A stretch of 31,811 nt of DNA from a virus (lineage: Duplodnaviria; Caudoviricetes): positions 1 through 31,811 of IMG/VR virus record IMGVR_UViG_3300050195_000155; one strand, written 5' to 3'. The notes beneath the pieces were generated by a model, which worked only from the letters and a program-made list of their open reading frames with translations, did no database searches and was not told where the DNA came from. The translations under genes and the position numbers were made by a program. Below are positions 6,257-14,975 of this stretch, piece by piece (position 1 is the first letter of the stretch; each line of letters opens with the position of its first letter).

Positions 6257-8038
6257 ATGCCAAATAAGCTGCAAACAAACGAGAAAGAATTCCTTGCCGA
6301 AATCGCCCAGATCGCGGCCAGCGCACGCTCTGAAGCCGAGGCCAGCGCAACGGGGCTGGACCCTTCGCCCGCCGCGCGCGCAGAGCGCCGCCGCCGGGTG
6401 TTGCAGGATTGGGATTTCGAGTTCTTCGCCTACACCTATTTCAAGCATCACATCCGCCCGCCGGCTTCGCAGTTTCATGTGCATTTCTTCGGGCGATTCC
6501 CCTCACTGCTGGGCAAGTGGGCCGGTGCCAAGGAATGGTGGGTGGCGCCGCGTGGCGAGGCAAAATCCTCGCTGCTCTCCAAGGTCGGCCCGTGCTTTGT
6601 GGCTGTGGTCGCACTACTGCAGCGTGCCGAGGTGCGAACGGAAATTGGCTGGCAGGGCGAAGCCCCGTACTTCATCGACTACATCACCCTGCTGGGCGCG
6701 GAAACCAAGCTGCCGGCCAAGCTGCTGGAAGTCGTCAAGGCCGAACTCACCTACAACCAGGCGCTGATGCTGGATTTCCCCGAGGCCTGTGGTGCCACGC
6801 GTAACTGGAAGATCGGCGAGTTCACCACCACTGCGGGCGTAAAGATGGAATCCTTCGGCGCCGAGCAGGCCATCCGTGGCACCTTCCACGGCGCCAGCCG
6901 CCCCAAGCTGCTGATTGGCGACGATCTGATCACCGACAAGGAAGCCAAGAGCCCCACCGAATGCAACAACCGCTGGGATTGGCTCGAAAAGGCCATCGAC
7001 TACCTCGGGCCACCGGAAGGCAATGTCAAATTCATCGGCGTGGGCACGGTGCTCGCCAAGAGCGATCCGATCAGCCGCGCCAAATCCGCCATCGGCCACC
7101 TGGTGCATCACTTCCGCGCCATCATCGAGTTGCCCCGCCGCATGGATCTGTGGGAACAATGCCAGGGCCTCATGATGAACGCCGACAAGCCCGCCGAGGA
7201 AGCCGCGTCCACCTCGGGAAGTGTGCTGCCGGAAACTCAGCTGCCATCCTTCCTCTTCTACCAGGCGCACCAGGCAGACATGGATCAAGGCGCCGTGATC
7301 TCCTGGCCAGGCGTGCGCACCCTGTTCTGGCTGATGCGCCAGCGCGCCAAGAACATGCGGGCCTTCAATACCGAAATGCAGGGCGAGCCGCGCACCGAGG
7401 AAGACAAGGTCTTCGGCCACATCACCTTCAATGTCGAGATCCTCAGCCACTGGCTGATGTTCGGCGGCTGTGATCCATCAATGGGCAAAGGCGAATCCTC
7501 CCACCCCTCGGCGCTGATCGCCGGTGCCTGGGATCGCCAGCGCGGCCGCCTGCATGTGCTCGATGCGCGTATCAAGCGGCGCCTGCCATCAAAGCTGGAA
7601 GCCGATCTGATCCGCTTCCAGCGCGATCACCAGTGCCTCGCCATCGGCTTTGAAAACAATAACGCCTATGAACACTCTCGCCAGACCTTCGTCACCGCCG
7701 GCATCACTGCAGGCGTGGCGCTGCCGCTGGTGGGCCTGCCCGAATCCGTCGAGCGTGAGGTACGCATCGATGGCCTGGAACCCTACATCACCGATGCGAT
7801 TACCCCGCGCATCAGCTTCGACCCCTCCCTCACGCAACTCCTGGCCGAACTCGACCAGTGGCCCGAGCCACCCGCCGGGCATGACTACGACGGCCTCTGT
7901 GCGCTCTACATCCTCTGGAAGCTCTGCGTGACACGCGGCGGCACGGCGGGCGCGCATTCCGGTTTTCGTTCGGCAGCGCGCCATGCTGCCGGCACCAGTG
8001 ATTTAGATGATGGCTATTCCGGCCGCAGGATGATCTGA
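6257..8038 (+). CDS. terL: Terminase large subunit
   Basis: Walker A-like APRGEAKSS, RPKLLIGDDL Walker B, nuclease motifs GCDPSMG and HDYDGLCAL. Confidence 0.93.
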   Translation: MPNKLQTNEKEFLAEIAQIAASARSEAEASATGLDPSPAARAERRRRVLQDWDFEFFAYTYFKHHIRPPASQFHVHFFGRFPSLLGKWAGAKEWWVAPRGEAKSSLLSKVGPCFVAVVALLQRAEVRTEIGWQGEAPYFIDYITLLGAETKLPAKLLEVVKAELTYNQALMLDFPEACGATRNWKIGEFTTTAGVKMESFGAEQAIRGTFHGASRPKLLIGDDLITDKEAKSPTECNNRWDWLEKAIDYLGPPEGNVKFIGVGTVLAKSDPISRAKSAIGHLVHHFRAIIELPRRMDLWEQCQGLMMNADKPAEEAASTSGSVLPETQLPSFLFYQAHQADMDQGAVISWPGVRTLFWLMRQRAKNMRAFNTEMQGEPRTEEDKVFGHITFNVEILSHWLMFGGCDPSMGKGESSHPSALIAGAWDRQRGRLHVLDARIKRRLPSKLEADLIRFQRDHQCLAIGFENNNAYEHSRQTFVTAGITAGVALPLVGLPESVEREVRIDGLEPYITDAITPRISFDPSLTQLLAELDQWPEPPAGHDYDGLCALYILWKLCVTRGGTAGAHSGFRSAARHAAGTSDLDDGYSGRRMI

Positions 8039-8039
8039 C

Positions 8040-9611
8040 ATGGCACTACTCGACGCAAACGGCAATCCCATTGAATCGGCAGTCCTCCACGAAGCACAGA
8101 CGGCCCGCGTGGCCACACTGCAGAACATGTGGATTCAGGGCCAGGCCTCGGGCCTTACACCGGCCCGCGCCGCGCATATCCTGCGCCAGGCGGATAACGG
8201 CGATCTGCTCGCACAGCACGAATTGTTTGATGACATGATCGACCGCGATTCGCACCTGGCTGGAGAATTCGGCAAGCGCACTGGCGCGCTGTTGGGGCAG
8301 GACTGGAACATTGAACCCCCGCGCAACGCCAGCCTGCAGGAGCGCAAGGCTGCCGCCTGGTGCGAGGAGATCCTGCGCGATGTGGTCGATGATTTCGAAG
8401 ATCTGCTCACCGCCATGATGGAAGGCGTGGGCCACGGCTTCTCTTTCATCGAGCAGGAATGGCGCCAGCTCGGTACAGAGCGAATTCCGGCCTGGTCGCC
8501 CCGGCCGCAGACCTGGTTCCAGCTCTCGCTGAACCGCCACGAGCTGCGCCTGCGCGATGGCAGTGGCGAGGGCGCTCCACTGTGGCCCTTCGGCTGGGTG
8601 TGCCACCAGCCCGGCAAGGTCAAGACCGGTTACCTTGGCCGTGCCGGCCTGCTACGCCCGCTGGTGTGGCCGTGGATCTATCGGGCCTATGCCATTTCGG
8701 ATTTTGCGGAATTCCTCGAAACCTATGGCTTGCCATTTATCACCGGCAAGTATTTCGCCACCGCCACCGAACAGGAGAAAGCCTCCCTTCTGCGCGCCGT
8801 CACCGCACTGGGCCACGATGCCCGCGCCATCATGCCGCAGGACATGCAGCTTGAAATCGCCAAGATCACCGGCAGCGGCGATGGCACGCCACACCTCTCG
8901 ATGATCGAATGGGCCGAGAAAGCCATCTCAAAGCTGATCCTCGGCGCCACGCTTACCACCCAGGCCGATGGTAAGACTTCCACCAATGCCCTGGGTAACG
9001 TGCACAACGAGGTGCGCAACGACATCCTGCGCGCCGACGTGCGCCAGATCGAAGGCACATTCACGCGTGATGTAATCTACCCGATGGTGGCCATCAACCG
9101 TGGCAACATCGACGGCCTGCGTCGCTGCCCGCGCCTGCGTTTCGATACCGGCGAAGCCGAGGATATGGCGGCCTACTCGACCTCGCTGCCCATCCTCGCC
9201 ACGGGCGGTCTGCGTATCCCGGTGGGTTGGGTGCATGAGAAGCTGCGCATTCCGCAAGCCGCTGACGATGAGGCTGTATTCGGCGCCCCGGCAGCTCCTG
9301 CCGGAACTGAAGGCAGTCTGCCTGGCCAGGCCGCCCTGAGCCAGCAAAACCCCGTTACTTCCAGCACAGAAGACCCCATCCCGGTAACGGCGCTCACCGA
9401 GCGCATGAGCACCGAAGGCGCCACTGGCATCGCGGCGCTCATGCAGGAGGTGCAACGCCTGGTGGATTCTGCCGACTCGCTGGAAGATCTGCGCGACCGT
9501 CTCCTGCATGCCTATCACGCCTTGCCGGCCGACAGACTCCAGGCCGTGATGGCCGCCGGTTTCGCCGTGGCGGATGTGGCCGGCAGGTTTGATGTGAGCC
9601 GTGGGGAATAG
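8040..9611 (+). CDS. Portal protein (Mu gp29, DUF935)
   Basis: GLTPARAAHIL..AD.GD, FLETYGLP..GKY and ISKLILGATLT...ALGNVHNEVR motifs. Confidence 0.93.
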   Translation: MALLDANGNPIESAVLHEAQTARVATLQNMWIQGQASGLTPARAAHILRQADNGDLLAQHELFDDMIDRDSHLAGEFGKRTGALLGQDWNIEPPRNASLQERKAAAWCEEILRDVVDDFEDLLTAMMEGVGHGFSFIEQEWRQLGTERIPAWSPRPQTWFQLSLNRHELRLRDGSGEGAPLWPFGWVCHQPGKVKTGYLGRAGLLRPLVWPWIYRAYAISDFAEFLETYGLPFITGKYFATATEQEKASLLRAVTALGHDARAIMPQDMQLEIAKITGSGDGTPHLSMIEWAEKAISKLILGATLTTQADGKTSTNALGNVHNEVRNDILRADVRQIEGTFTRDVIYPMVAINRGNIDGLRRCPRLRFDTGEAEDMAAYSTSLPILATGGLRIPVGWVHEKLRIPQAADDEAVFGAPAAPAGTEGSLPGQAALSQQNPVTSSTEDPIPVTALTERMSTEGATGIAALMQEVQRLVDSADSLEDLRDRLLHAYHALPADRLQAVMAAGFAVADVAGRFDVSRGE

Positions 9612-9613
9612 GC

Positions 9614-11089
9614 GTGGCGGGGATTGAGGATGTCTTCAAGTCTCCCTTCCAGGAGCAGCTCGACTTTTTCCGGCAGAAAGCCAATCTGCCCTCCGAGCAT
9701 TGGGACGACATCATGACCGCCGCGCACGACCGCGCCTTCATGGTGGCCGGCGCGACCAAGGCCGATCTGCTCAATGATCTGCGCCAGGCGGTAGACAAGG
9801 CGATAGCCAGCGGCACCGGGTTGGAAACCTTCCGCAAGGATTTTGCGAAGATCATCCAGCGTACCGGCTGGGATTACCGTGGCGCCTTCGACTGGCGCAC
9901 CCGCGTGATCTACCAGACCAACCTCTCCACCAGTTACGCTGCCGGCCGCTGGAAGCAGCTCAACGACCCCGAACTGGTGAAGATCCGGCCGTACTGGAAA
10001 TACATTCACGCGGATGGCGTTGCGCATCCGCGCCCCCTGCATCAGGCATGGAATGGTGTTTGTCTGCCACGGGACGACCCGTGGTGGCGAACGCACTTCA
10101 CGCCAAATGGTTGGGGCTGCCATTGCCGAGTCAAGGCAGTGTCGCAACGCGAATATGAGACCTCGGACAAGAAGCAGGCGCCGGATAACGGCAACGTCAC
10201 CTGGCAGGATTCCGCCGGCAACACCTGGGAGATCCCGCGCGGCATCGATCCCGGCTTTCAGTACGCGCCTGGTGCCTCGCTCGATAATCTGCGCGATACC
10301 CTGCGCAAGAAGGCCGACAGCCTGCCGCCCGAGCTGGGCGACGCGCTGCGCAAGGATCTCGATAAACAGGTCGGCTTTGTCGCCCAGCCCACCACCAAGG
10401 CCGCCGAGCAGTGGGCACGCGACAACGATCTGGCGGATTTTGTGGATTACGCCGGCATCAAGCCCGATGCAGCAAACGACTGGAATCACAGTCTCTACGA
10501 TCACCTTACCGAGTTTTCTGCACTCCGCAACAATCAGCAGTACGCAGGCACCGCGCAGGGGCAGTATGAACGTTACACCCAGCTTGCCCGCGAGGCGCTG
10601 GCCAAGCGCCTGATGGAAGCGGGTGCGGATCGCGAAACAGCCGAGCAATTTGCCAAGGCGCGAATCAAGAAGCCCACGGTTAAGGGCAACACTTATGCGC
10701 ATTCCTGGAATCAGGAAGGTGTTTCCGGCGTAGCCATCAACAAAAAATGGGGCGCCGATCCGGAAAACATGCGCAAGCATCTGGCTTCAGATGTCGCGCA
10801 CCGCTGGCATCCCCCAGGCTGCGACACCATCCGCAGCGTGGTCGATCACGAATTTGGCCATCAGCTCGACAACTTGCTTGCGCTCCGAACTGATGAATCT
10901 ATAATCGCTTTGTACAAACAGGCTCAACAAGCCGGTTTGAAATCCGAGGTTTCAGGCTATGCCGAAAAGAACATTGCAGAATTCATCGCCGAATGCTGGG
11001 CAGAATCCTGCAATAACGCCAATCCAAGATCTACCGCCCGAGCTGTTGCAGAAATTGTCCGGGCTCGGTATCGATCTCAATTCGCTTGA
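9614..11089 (+). CDS. MuF (gp30) head morphogenesis protein with C-terminal HExxH metallopeptidase extension
   Basis: MuF motifs RAFMVAGA, IYQTNL..SYAAGRW and PNGWGCHCRV. C-terminal DHEFGHQLD...SGYAEKNIAEFIAECWA. Confidence 0.88.
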   Translation: MAGIEDVFKSPFQEQLDFFRQKANLPSEHWDDIMTAAHDRAFMVAGATKADLLNDLRQAVDKAIASGTGLETFRKDFAKIIQRTGWDYRGAFDWRTRVIYQTNLSTSYAAGRWKQLNDPELVKIRPYWKYIHADGVAHPRPLHQAWNGVCLPRDDPWWRTHFTPNGWGCHCRVKAVSQREYETSDKKQAPDNGNVTWQDSAGNTWEIPRGIDPGFQYAPGASLDNLRDTLRKKADSLPPELGDALRKDLDKQVGFVAQPTTKAAEQWARDNDLADFVDYAGIKPDAANDWNHSLYDHLTEFSALRNNQQYAGTAQGQYERYTQLAREALAKRLMEAGADRETAEQFAKARIKKPTVKGNTYAHSWNQEGVSGVAINKKWGADPENMRKHLASDVAHRWHPPGCDTIRSVVDHEFGHQLDNLLALRTDESIIALYKQAQQAGLKSEVSGYAEKNIAEFIAECWAESCNNANPRSTARAVAEIVRARYRSQFA

Positions 11090-11192
11090 TGAGGCCAACC
11101 CTCAGGTCAAGGGAATCAGTTCCGCCCTCGCTCCCGCAGATGATCAGGCCGAAGTTGATGCCTGGATTGCGGCTGGTGGTTCCCCCTTCTAG
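10959..11192 (+). CDS. Small acidic protein overlapping the MuF 3' end (candidate immunity protein)
   Basis: GAGGT at 10946-10950, 8 nt before the ATG. Fills the gap between muF and gene G, stopping 6 nt before the G start. Confidence 0.5.
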   Translation: MPKRTLQNSSPNAGQNPAITPIQDLPPELLQKLSGLGIDLNSLDEANPQVKGISSALAPADDQAEVDAWIAAGGSPF

Positions 11193-11198
11193 GCCTGC

Positions 11199-11765
11199 AT
11201 GACCTCCTTCAGTATTGAAGTCTCAAACCAGCGCGTGCTGGCTGTCCTGGCACGCCTGTCTACCGGCATGGCTAATCCGGCGCCGCTGCTGCGTGCGCTC
11301 GGTGAAGACCTCGCCGAATCCACCAAGGCCCGCTTTGCCACCAGCACGGCTCCCGATGGCAGCCGCTGGCCCGCCAACACCCAGGCCACCTACGAGGCCT
11401 ATCTGGAGCGTCTGTCCGGCAGCTACAGCAAAACAGGCCAGCGCACCGGCACCAAGAAAGGCTGGGCGGGCAAGGACGGCCGCATTGGCGCACGCGGCAC
11501 CGTTGCCGTAATCGCCAAGAAGCCCCTTATCGGCGAATCAAAGGTGCTTTCCACCAGCATCTACTATTTCGTGGAAGGCGACACCCTCTATATCGGCTCG
11601 CCACAGATCTACGCCGCCATGCAGCAGTTCGGCGGCACGAGGTCCCAGTTCCCGAACCTGTGGGGCGACATCCCCGCGCGGCCCTTCTTGGGCCTGTCTG
11701 ATACGGATGTCGAGAACATCGAGCGAGAGGGAATGGACTACCTGGATGGGCTGCTGAGGGGCTGA
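11199..11765 (+). CDS. Virion morphogenesis protein (Mu G-like / tail completion)
   Basis: RFATSTAPDGSRW, YAAMQQFGG and IPARPFLGLS motifs. Confidence 0.9.
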   Translation: MTSFSIEVSNQRVLAVLARLSTGMANPAPLLRALGEDLAESTKARFATSTAPDGSRWPANTQATYEAYLERLSGSYSKTGQRTGTKKGWAGKDGRIGARGTVAVIAKKPLIGESKVLSTSIYYFVEGDTLYIGSPQIYAAMQQFGGTRSQFPNLWGDIPARPFLGLSDTDVENIEREGMDYLDGLLRG

Positions 11766-11928
11766 CCGCTCAAAACGCTCACCAAGGGATTTTTGCACGG
11801 CAGTGCTGGCGCCCATACCGGCAAAACACATCCGGGAAAAACTAACGGGGTTGTAACGGGCTTGATAGACTATCGTGAAGACAAGTCCCCCTTGTTACCT
11901 GAGTCAATTTTCTGCTCGATCCATCTTC

Positions 11929-12354
11929 ATGGCCATCCGCACACCAACGCTCGACGACTACAGACAACATACCGGGCTTCATTACCATAAGCTCTGGAAA
12001 GAGCTTGACGATTACTGGACCTGCCCAGGCTGCGGAAGAACAAAATTTGAGATCATGCGCTGGACGAAACGCTTTCCAAATACTCCAGGCGCGGTCATGG
12101 GCTGGGTGGCAGCACTTCATACACATCATGATCATTCTGCATCTCCTCGATTTAGAGAGGTAGTCATATGCGATCAGTGCAATTCCTCAGATGGAGCAGT
12201 GAAAAGAAAGCTAGGGCTTCCCAAAAACTTTTCTTTCTCTCCACAGGAAATTCGGATGTTTGTTAAGGCTACGCCTCACGCAAAACATGAAATAGACTAC
12301 AACAAGGCTGCTGACGTTTTTACTCAGCTCAAGAGCATCCCTAGGTTTTGGTAG
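11929..12354 (+). CDS. Accessory protein with His-Me finger (endonuclease VII-like) pattern
   Basis: CPGCG...LHTHHDH...ICDQCN. Lower GC. ATG 11929 preferred over GTG 11875. Confidence 0.6.
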   Translation: MAIRTPTLDDYRQHTGLHYHKLWKELDDYWTCPGCGRTKFEIMRWTKRFPNTPGAVMGWVAALHTHHDHSASPRFREVVICDQCNSSDGAVKRKLGLPKNFSFSPQEIRMFVKATPHAKHEIDYNKAADVFTQLKSIPRFW

Positions 12355-12411
12355 AGATTTGCCATATTCAGCACATTGTGTAACTCTAAATAAGAGTAGT
12401 TCCTAAGCGCT

Positions 12412-12456
12412 TTTCGCCAACGCGAAACCTAACTCCCTCTTCATGCCGCCGATCAT
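12412..12456 (+). promoter_or_regulatory. Putative late promoter 2 (head operon, PI-like)
   Basis: TTTCGC-CAA-CGCGAAACC at 12412-12429 and -10-like GATCAT at 12451-12456. Confidence 0.72.
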
Positions 12457-12462
12457 GGCGGC

Positions 12463-13623
12463 ATGCCAAAGCAATTCCCCCATCCCCATTCTGCCGCAAT
12501 CGCCGTAGCTGCCTGCTCGGTCGAGCTGCCGTCGCTGCCCGCTGACGGCCCCATCCGCCTCCAGCTCATGCCGGCTGGCGAATTCCGCCCGCAGGATGCT
12601 GGCCGCACGGATCTACCGGTTACTGGCGCCTGGCGCATTGATGCGGCTGCCGCTGCCCAGGTAATTACCCGCTGCAAGGCACGCGCCACACAGCCCGTCA
12701 TCGACTTCGACCATCAGACGCTCTACGTCCGCGAAAACGGCAAGCCCGCGCCGGCTGCCGCCTGGATCACTGATCTGGAATGGGTCGAAGGCGCTGGGCT
12801 ATTTGGCCTGGCCACGCTTACCCAACGCGGCCGCGAGGCTATTGAGAGTGGTGAATACCGTTACCTCTCGCCAGTGTTTGCCTTCGACAAACAGACCGGC
12901 ACCGTACTCGATTTCAAGCTAGCCGCCTTCACGAACCTGCCCGCCATTGATGGCATGGAGCCGCTGACGGCGGCTGCCAGCCAGACCTTTGCTGCCGACC
13001 TGGCAGCGCTCTCCCAGCAACTCTCAACCATTTCCAAAGAGGAACATATGGATGAACTCCTGGAGCAGCTGCGCTGGCTGCTCAATCTGCCTGTGGGCGC
13101 TACGCCCGAGGATGTTACGGCGCAACTGCAGAAGCTGATCGACCAGCTCAAGGCCGGCGCCCCGGAAGCCACAGCGGCGGCGTCCTTCGAGCTCGCGGCC
13201 TTCCTGGGCAATCAGGGTGAGCAGATCGCTGCGCTTTCCCAGCAGGCCGCCACGGCAGGCAAGCCCGACCCGGCGCTATTTGTGCCGATGGCGATGTTTG
13301 CCGACGTACAGCAGAAGCTGGCCGCGCTCTCGCAGCAGAGCGGCGCCAGCGAACTGGATCGCCTCATCGAGAAGGGTGTAGCCGATGGCAAGCTCACCCC
13401 AGCCATGACGCAATGGGCGCGTGATCTGGGCGCTGCCAACCTTGCGGCGCTCTCGCAGTTCCTCGATACCTCACCAGCCATTGCCGTGCTGACCCAGGCC
13501 CAGACCCGCTCGACTCCACCCGTGGTGCAGAAAAAGGATGCCGTCACTGATGACGCCGTGGTACAGGCCGTCTGCTCCCAACTCAACCTTACGCCCGAGC
13601 AGTTCGCCAAGGGCCGCATTTAA
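12463..13623 (+). CDS. Mu gpI-like prohead protease/scaffold
   Basis: QLMPAGEFRP.D, VIDFDHQT, PAPAAAWI, EYRYLSPVF and TNLPAIDGM motifs. Confidence 0.93.
   Translation: MPKQFPHPHSAAIAVAACSVELPSLPADGPIRLQLMPAGEFRPQDAGRTDLPVTGAWRIDAAAAAQVITRCKARATQPVIDFDHQTLYVRENGKPAPAAAWITDLEWVEGAGLFGLATLTQRGREAIESGEYRYLSPVFAFDKQTGTVLDFKLAAFTNLPAIDGMEPLTAAASQTFAADLAALSQQLSTISKEEHMDELLEQLRWLLNLPVGATPEDVTAQLQKLIDQLKAGAPEATAAASFELAAFLGNQGEQIAALSQQAATAGKPDPALFVPMAMFADVQQKLAALSQQSGASELDRLIEKGVADGKLTPAMTQWARDLGAANLAALSQFLDTSPAIAVLTQAQTRSTPPVVQKKDAVTDDAVVQAVCSQLNLTPEQFAKGRI
13048..13623 (+). CDS. Scaffold protein (Mu Z-like) from an internal in-frame start
   Basis: A-rich AAAGAGGAACAT RBS directly before in-frame ATG 13048 (MDELLEQLR...). 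Mu I/Z is organised the same way. Confidence 0.75.
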   Translation: MDELLEQLRWLLNLPVGATPEDVTAQLQKLIDQLKAGAPEATAAASFELAAFLGNQGEQIAALSQQAATAGKPDPALFVPMAMFADVQQKLAALSQQSGASELDRLIEKGVADGKLTPAMTQWARDLGAANLAALSQFLDTSPAIAVLTQAQTRSTPPVVQKKDAVTDDAVVQAVCSQLNLTPEQFAKGRI

Positions 13624-13632
13624 GGAAGCACG

Positions 13633-14040
13633 ATGACTGCACTCACCGCACCCCGTAATACCCCCGCGAAAGCAGGCGACCTCATCGCGCTGCTCGTGGC
13701 GGCCAACACCACCATCCAGGCCGGCGCACTGGTGACGATCTCCGCCGGCTATGCCGTGCCGGGATCAACAAAAACCGGCCTCGTTGCCGTGGGCCGCGCT
13801 GAAGATAGCGCCACCGCTGTGGCAGCGGGTGATGCCGCCGTCCGCGTACGGGGCGGCACTTTCCGCTTCGAGAACAGCACCACCGACCCCATCGCCCAGG
13901 CCAATGTCGGCACCGACTGCTACATCGTTGATGACCAGACGGTGGCCGCCACCAGTGGCAACGCTTCACGCTCACGCGCCGGCATCGTCATCGAAGTTGA
14001 TGACGTAGGTGTGTGGGTACAGATCGGCCTCGGCCTGTAA
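13633..14040 (+). CDS. Capsid decoration/cement protein
   Basis: 135-aa Ala/Gly/Val-rich protein (VAANTTIQAGALV...CYIVDDQTV...GVWV) between scaffold and capsid genes. Confidence 0.72.
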   Translation: MTALTAPRNTPAKAGDLIALLVAANTTIQAGALVTISAGYAVPGSTKTGLVAVGRAEDSATAVAAGDAAVRVRGGTFRFENSTTDPIAQANVGTDCYIVDDQTVAATSGNASRSRAGIVIEVDDVGVWVQIGLGL

Positions 14041-14064
14041 TCACCCAGATTTACCGGAGAAAAC

Positions 14065-14961
14065 ATGGACATCACACCCTCAACGCTGCGTACCCTGGCA
14101 CAAGGCTTCAACGCGGCTTTCATTCGCGGCATCGAAGCTGCACCGAGCAGTTACCAGCAGGTAGCGATGACGATTCCCTCCACCTCGGATGCGGAAAACT
14201 ATGGCTGGCTCAAGACGCTGCCGGGCATGCGCGAATGGATCGGCCAGCGCGTGATCAACAATCTGGAATCCGAAGCCACCCAGCTCAAGAACAAGCACTT
14301 CGAGCACACCATCGGCGTGAATGCGAATGCCATCCTGGATAACAAGCTCGGCATCTACTCCAACGTCTTTGCCATGCAGGGCGAAATTGCCGGTGGCCAC
14401 CCCGACGAACTGGTGTGGGGGCTGTTACCCAACGGCGCCTCGGTGAAAGGCTTCGACGGCAGGAACTTCTTTGCCGAGAACCACATTGGTTACACCGAAA
14501 AAGGCAAGGAAACCGCCTGGAGCAATGTGCAGACCGGCAGCGGCAAGGGCTGGTATCTGCTCGATCTCTCGCGCTCTTTCATGAAACCGCTGATTTTCCA
14601 GAGCCGCCAGGCCGTACGCTTCATTACCAAGAACCGCGCGGAAGACGATAACGTCTTCATGAACAACGAGTACCTCTTCGGTGCGGATGCCCGTTACAAC
14701 GCCGGGTTTGGTTTCTACCAGCTCGCCTATGGGAGTTTTGCGGATCTCACGGCGGAGAACTTCGCCGCCGCCCGCAAGGTGCTAGGCACCCAGCGCCGCC
14801 CCGATGGCCAACCGCTTGCCGTGCGCGGCACCCACCTGGTGGTTGGCCCCTCGAATGAACAGGCAGCGCTGGAGATCCTCAACAAGGAACTCATCAACGG
14901 TGGCGAAACCAACATCTGGTTCAAGTCCGCCCAGCTCATCGTTTCGCCATTCCTCGGCTGA
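14065..14961 (+). CDS. Major capsid protein (Mu gpT-like)
   Basis: YGWL..LPGMREWIGQR, FDGRNFF..NH, KPLIFQ.R and GADARYNAGFGFYQLAYGS motifs. Confidence 0.95.
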   Translation: MDITPSTLRTLAQGFNAAFIRGIEAAPSSYQQVAMTIPSTSDAENYGWLKTLPGMREWIGQRVINNLESEATQLKNKHFEHTIGVNANAILDNKLGIYSNVFAMQGEIAGGHPDELVWGLLPNGASVKGFDGRNFFAENHIGYTEKGKETAWSNVQTGSGKGWYLLDLSRSFMKPLIFQSRQAVRFITKNRAEDDNVFMNNEYLFGADARYNAGFGFYQLAYGSFADLTAENFAAARKVLGTQRRPDGQPLAVRGTHLVVGPSNEQAALEILNKELINGGETNIWFKSAQLIVSPFLG

Positions 14962-14975
14962 TCCCCAAGGCCATC

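Noticed and set aside
9515-10780. 421-aa minus-strand ORF, and similar long antisense ORFs at 3010-3840, 6614-7450 and 24249-25106
   Set aside because: They lie opposite well-supported genes in GC-rich DNA and have no recognisable motifs.
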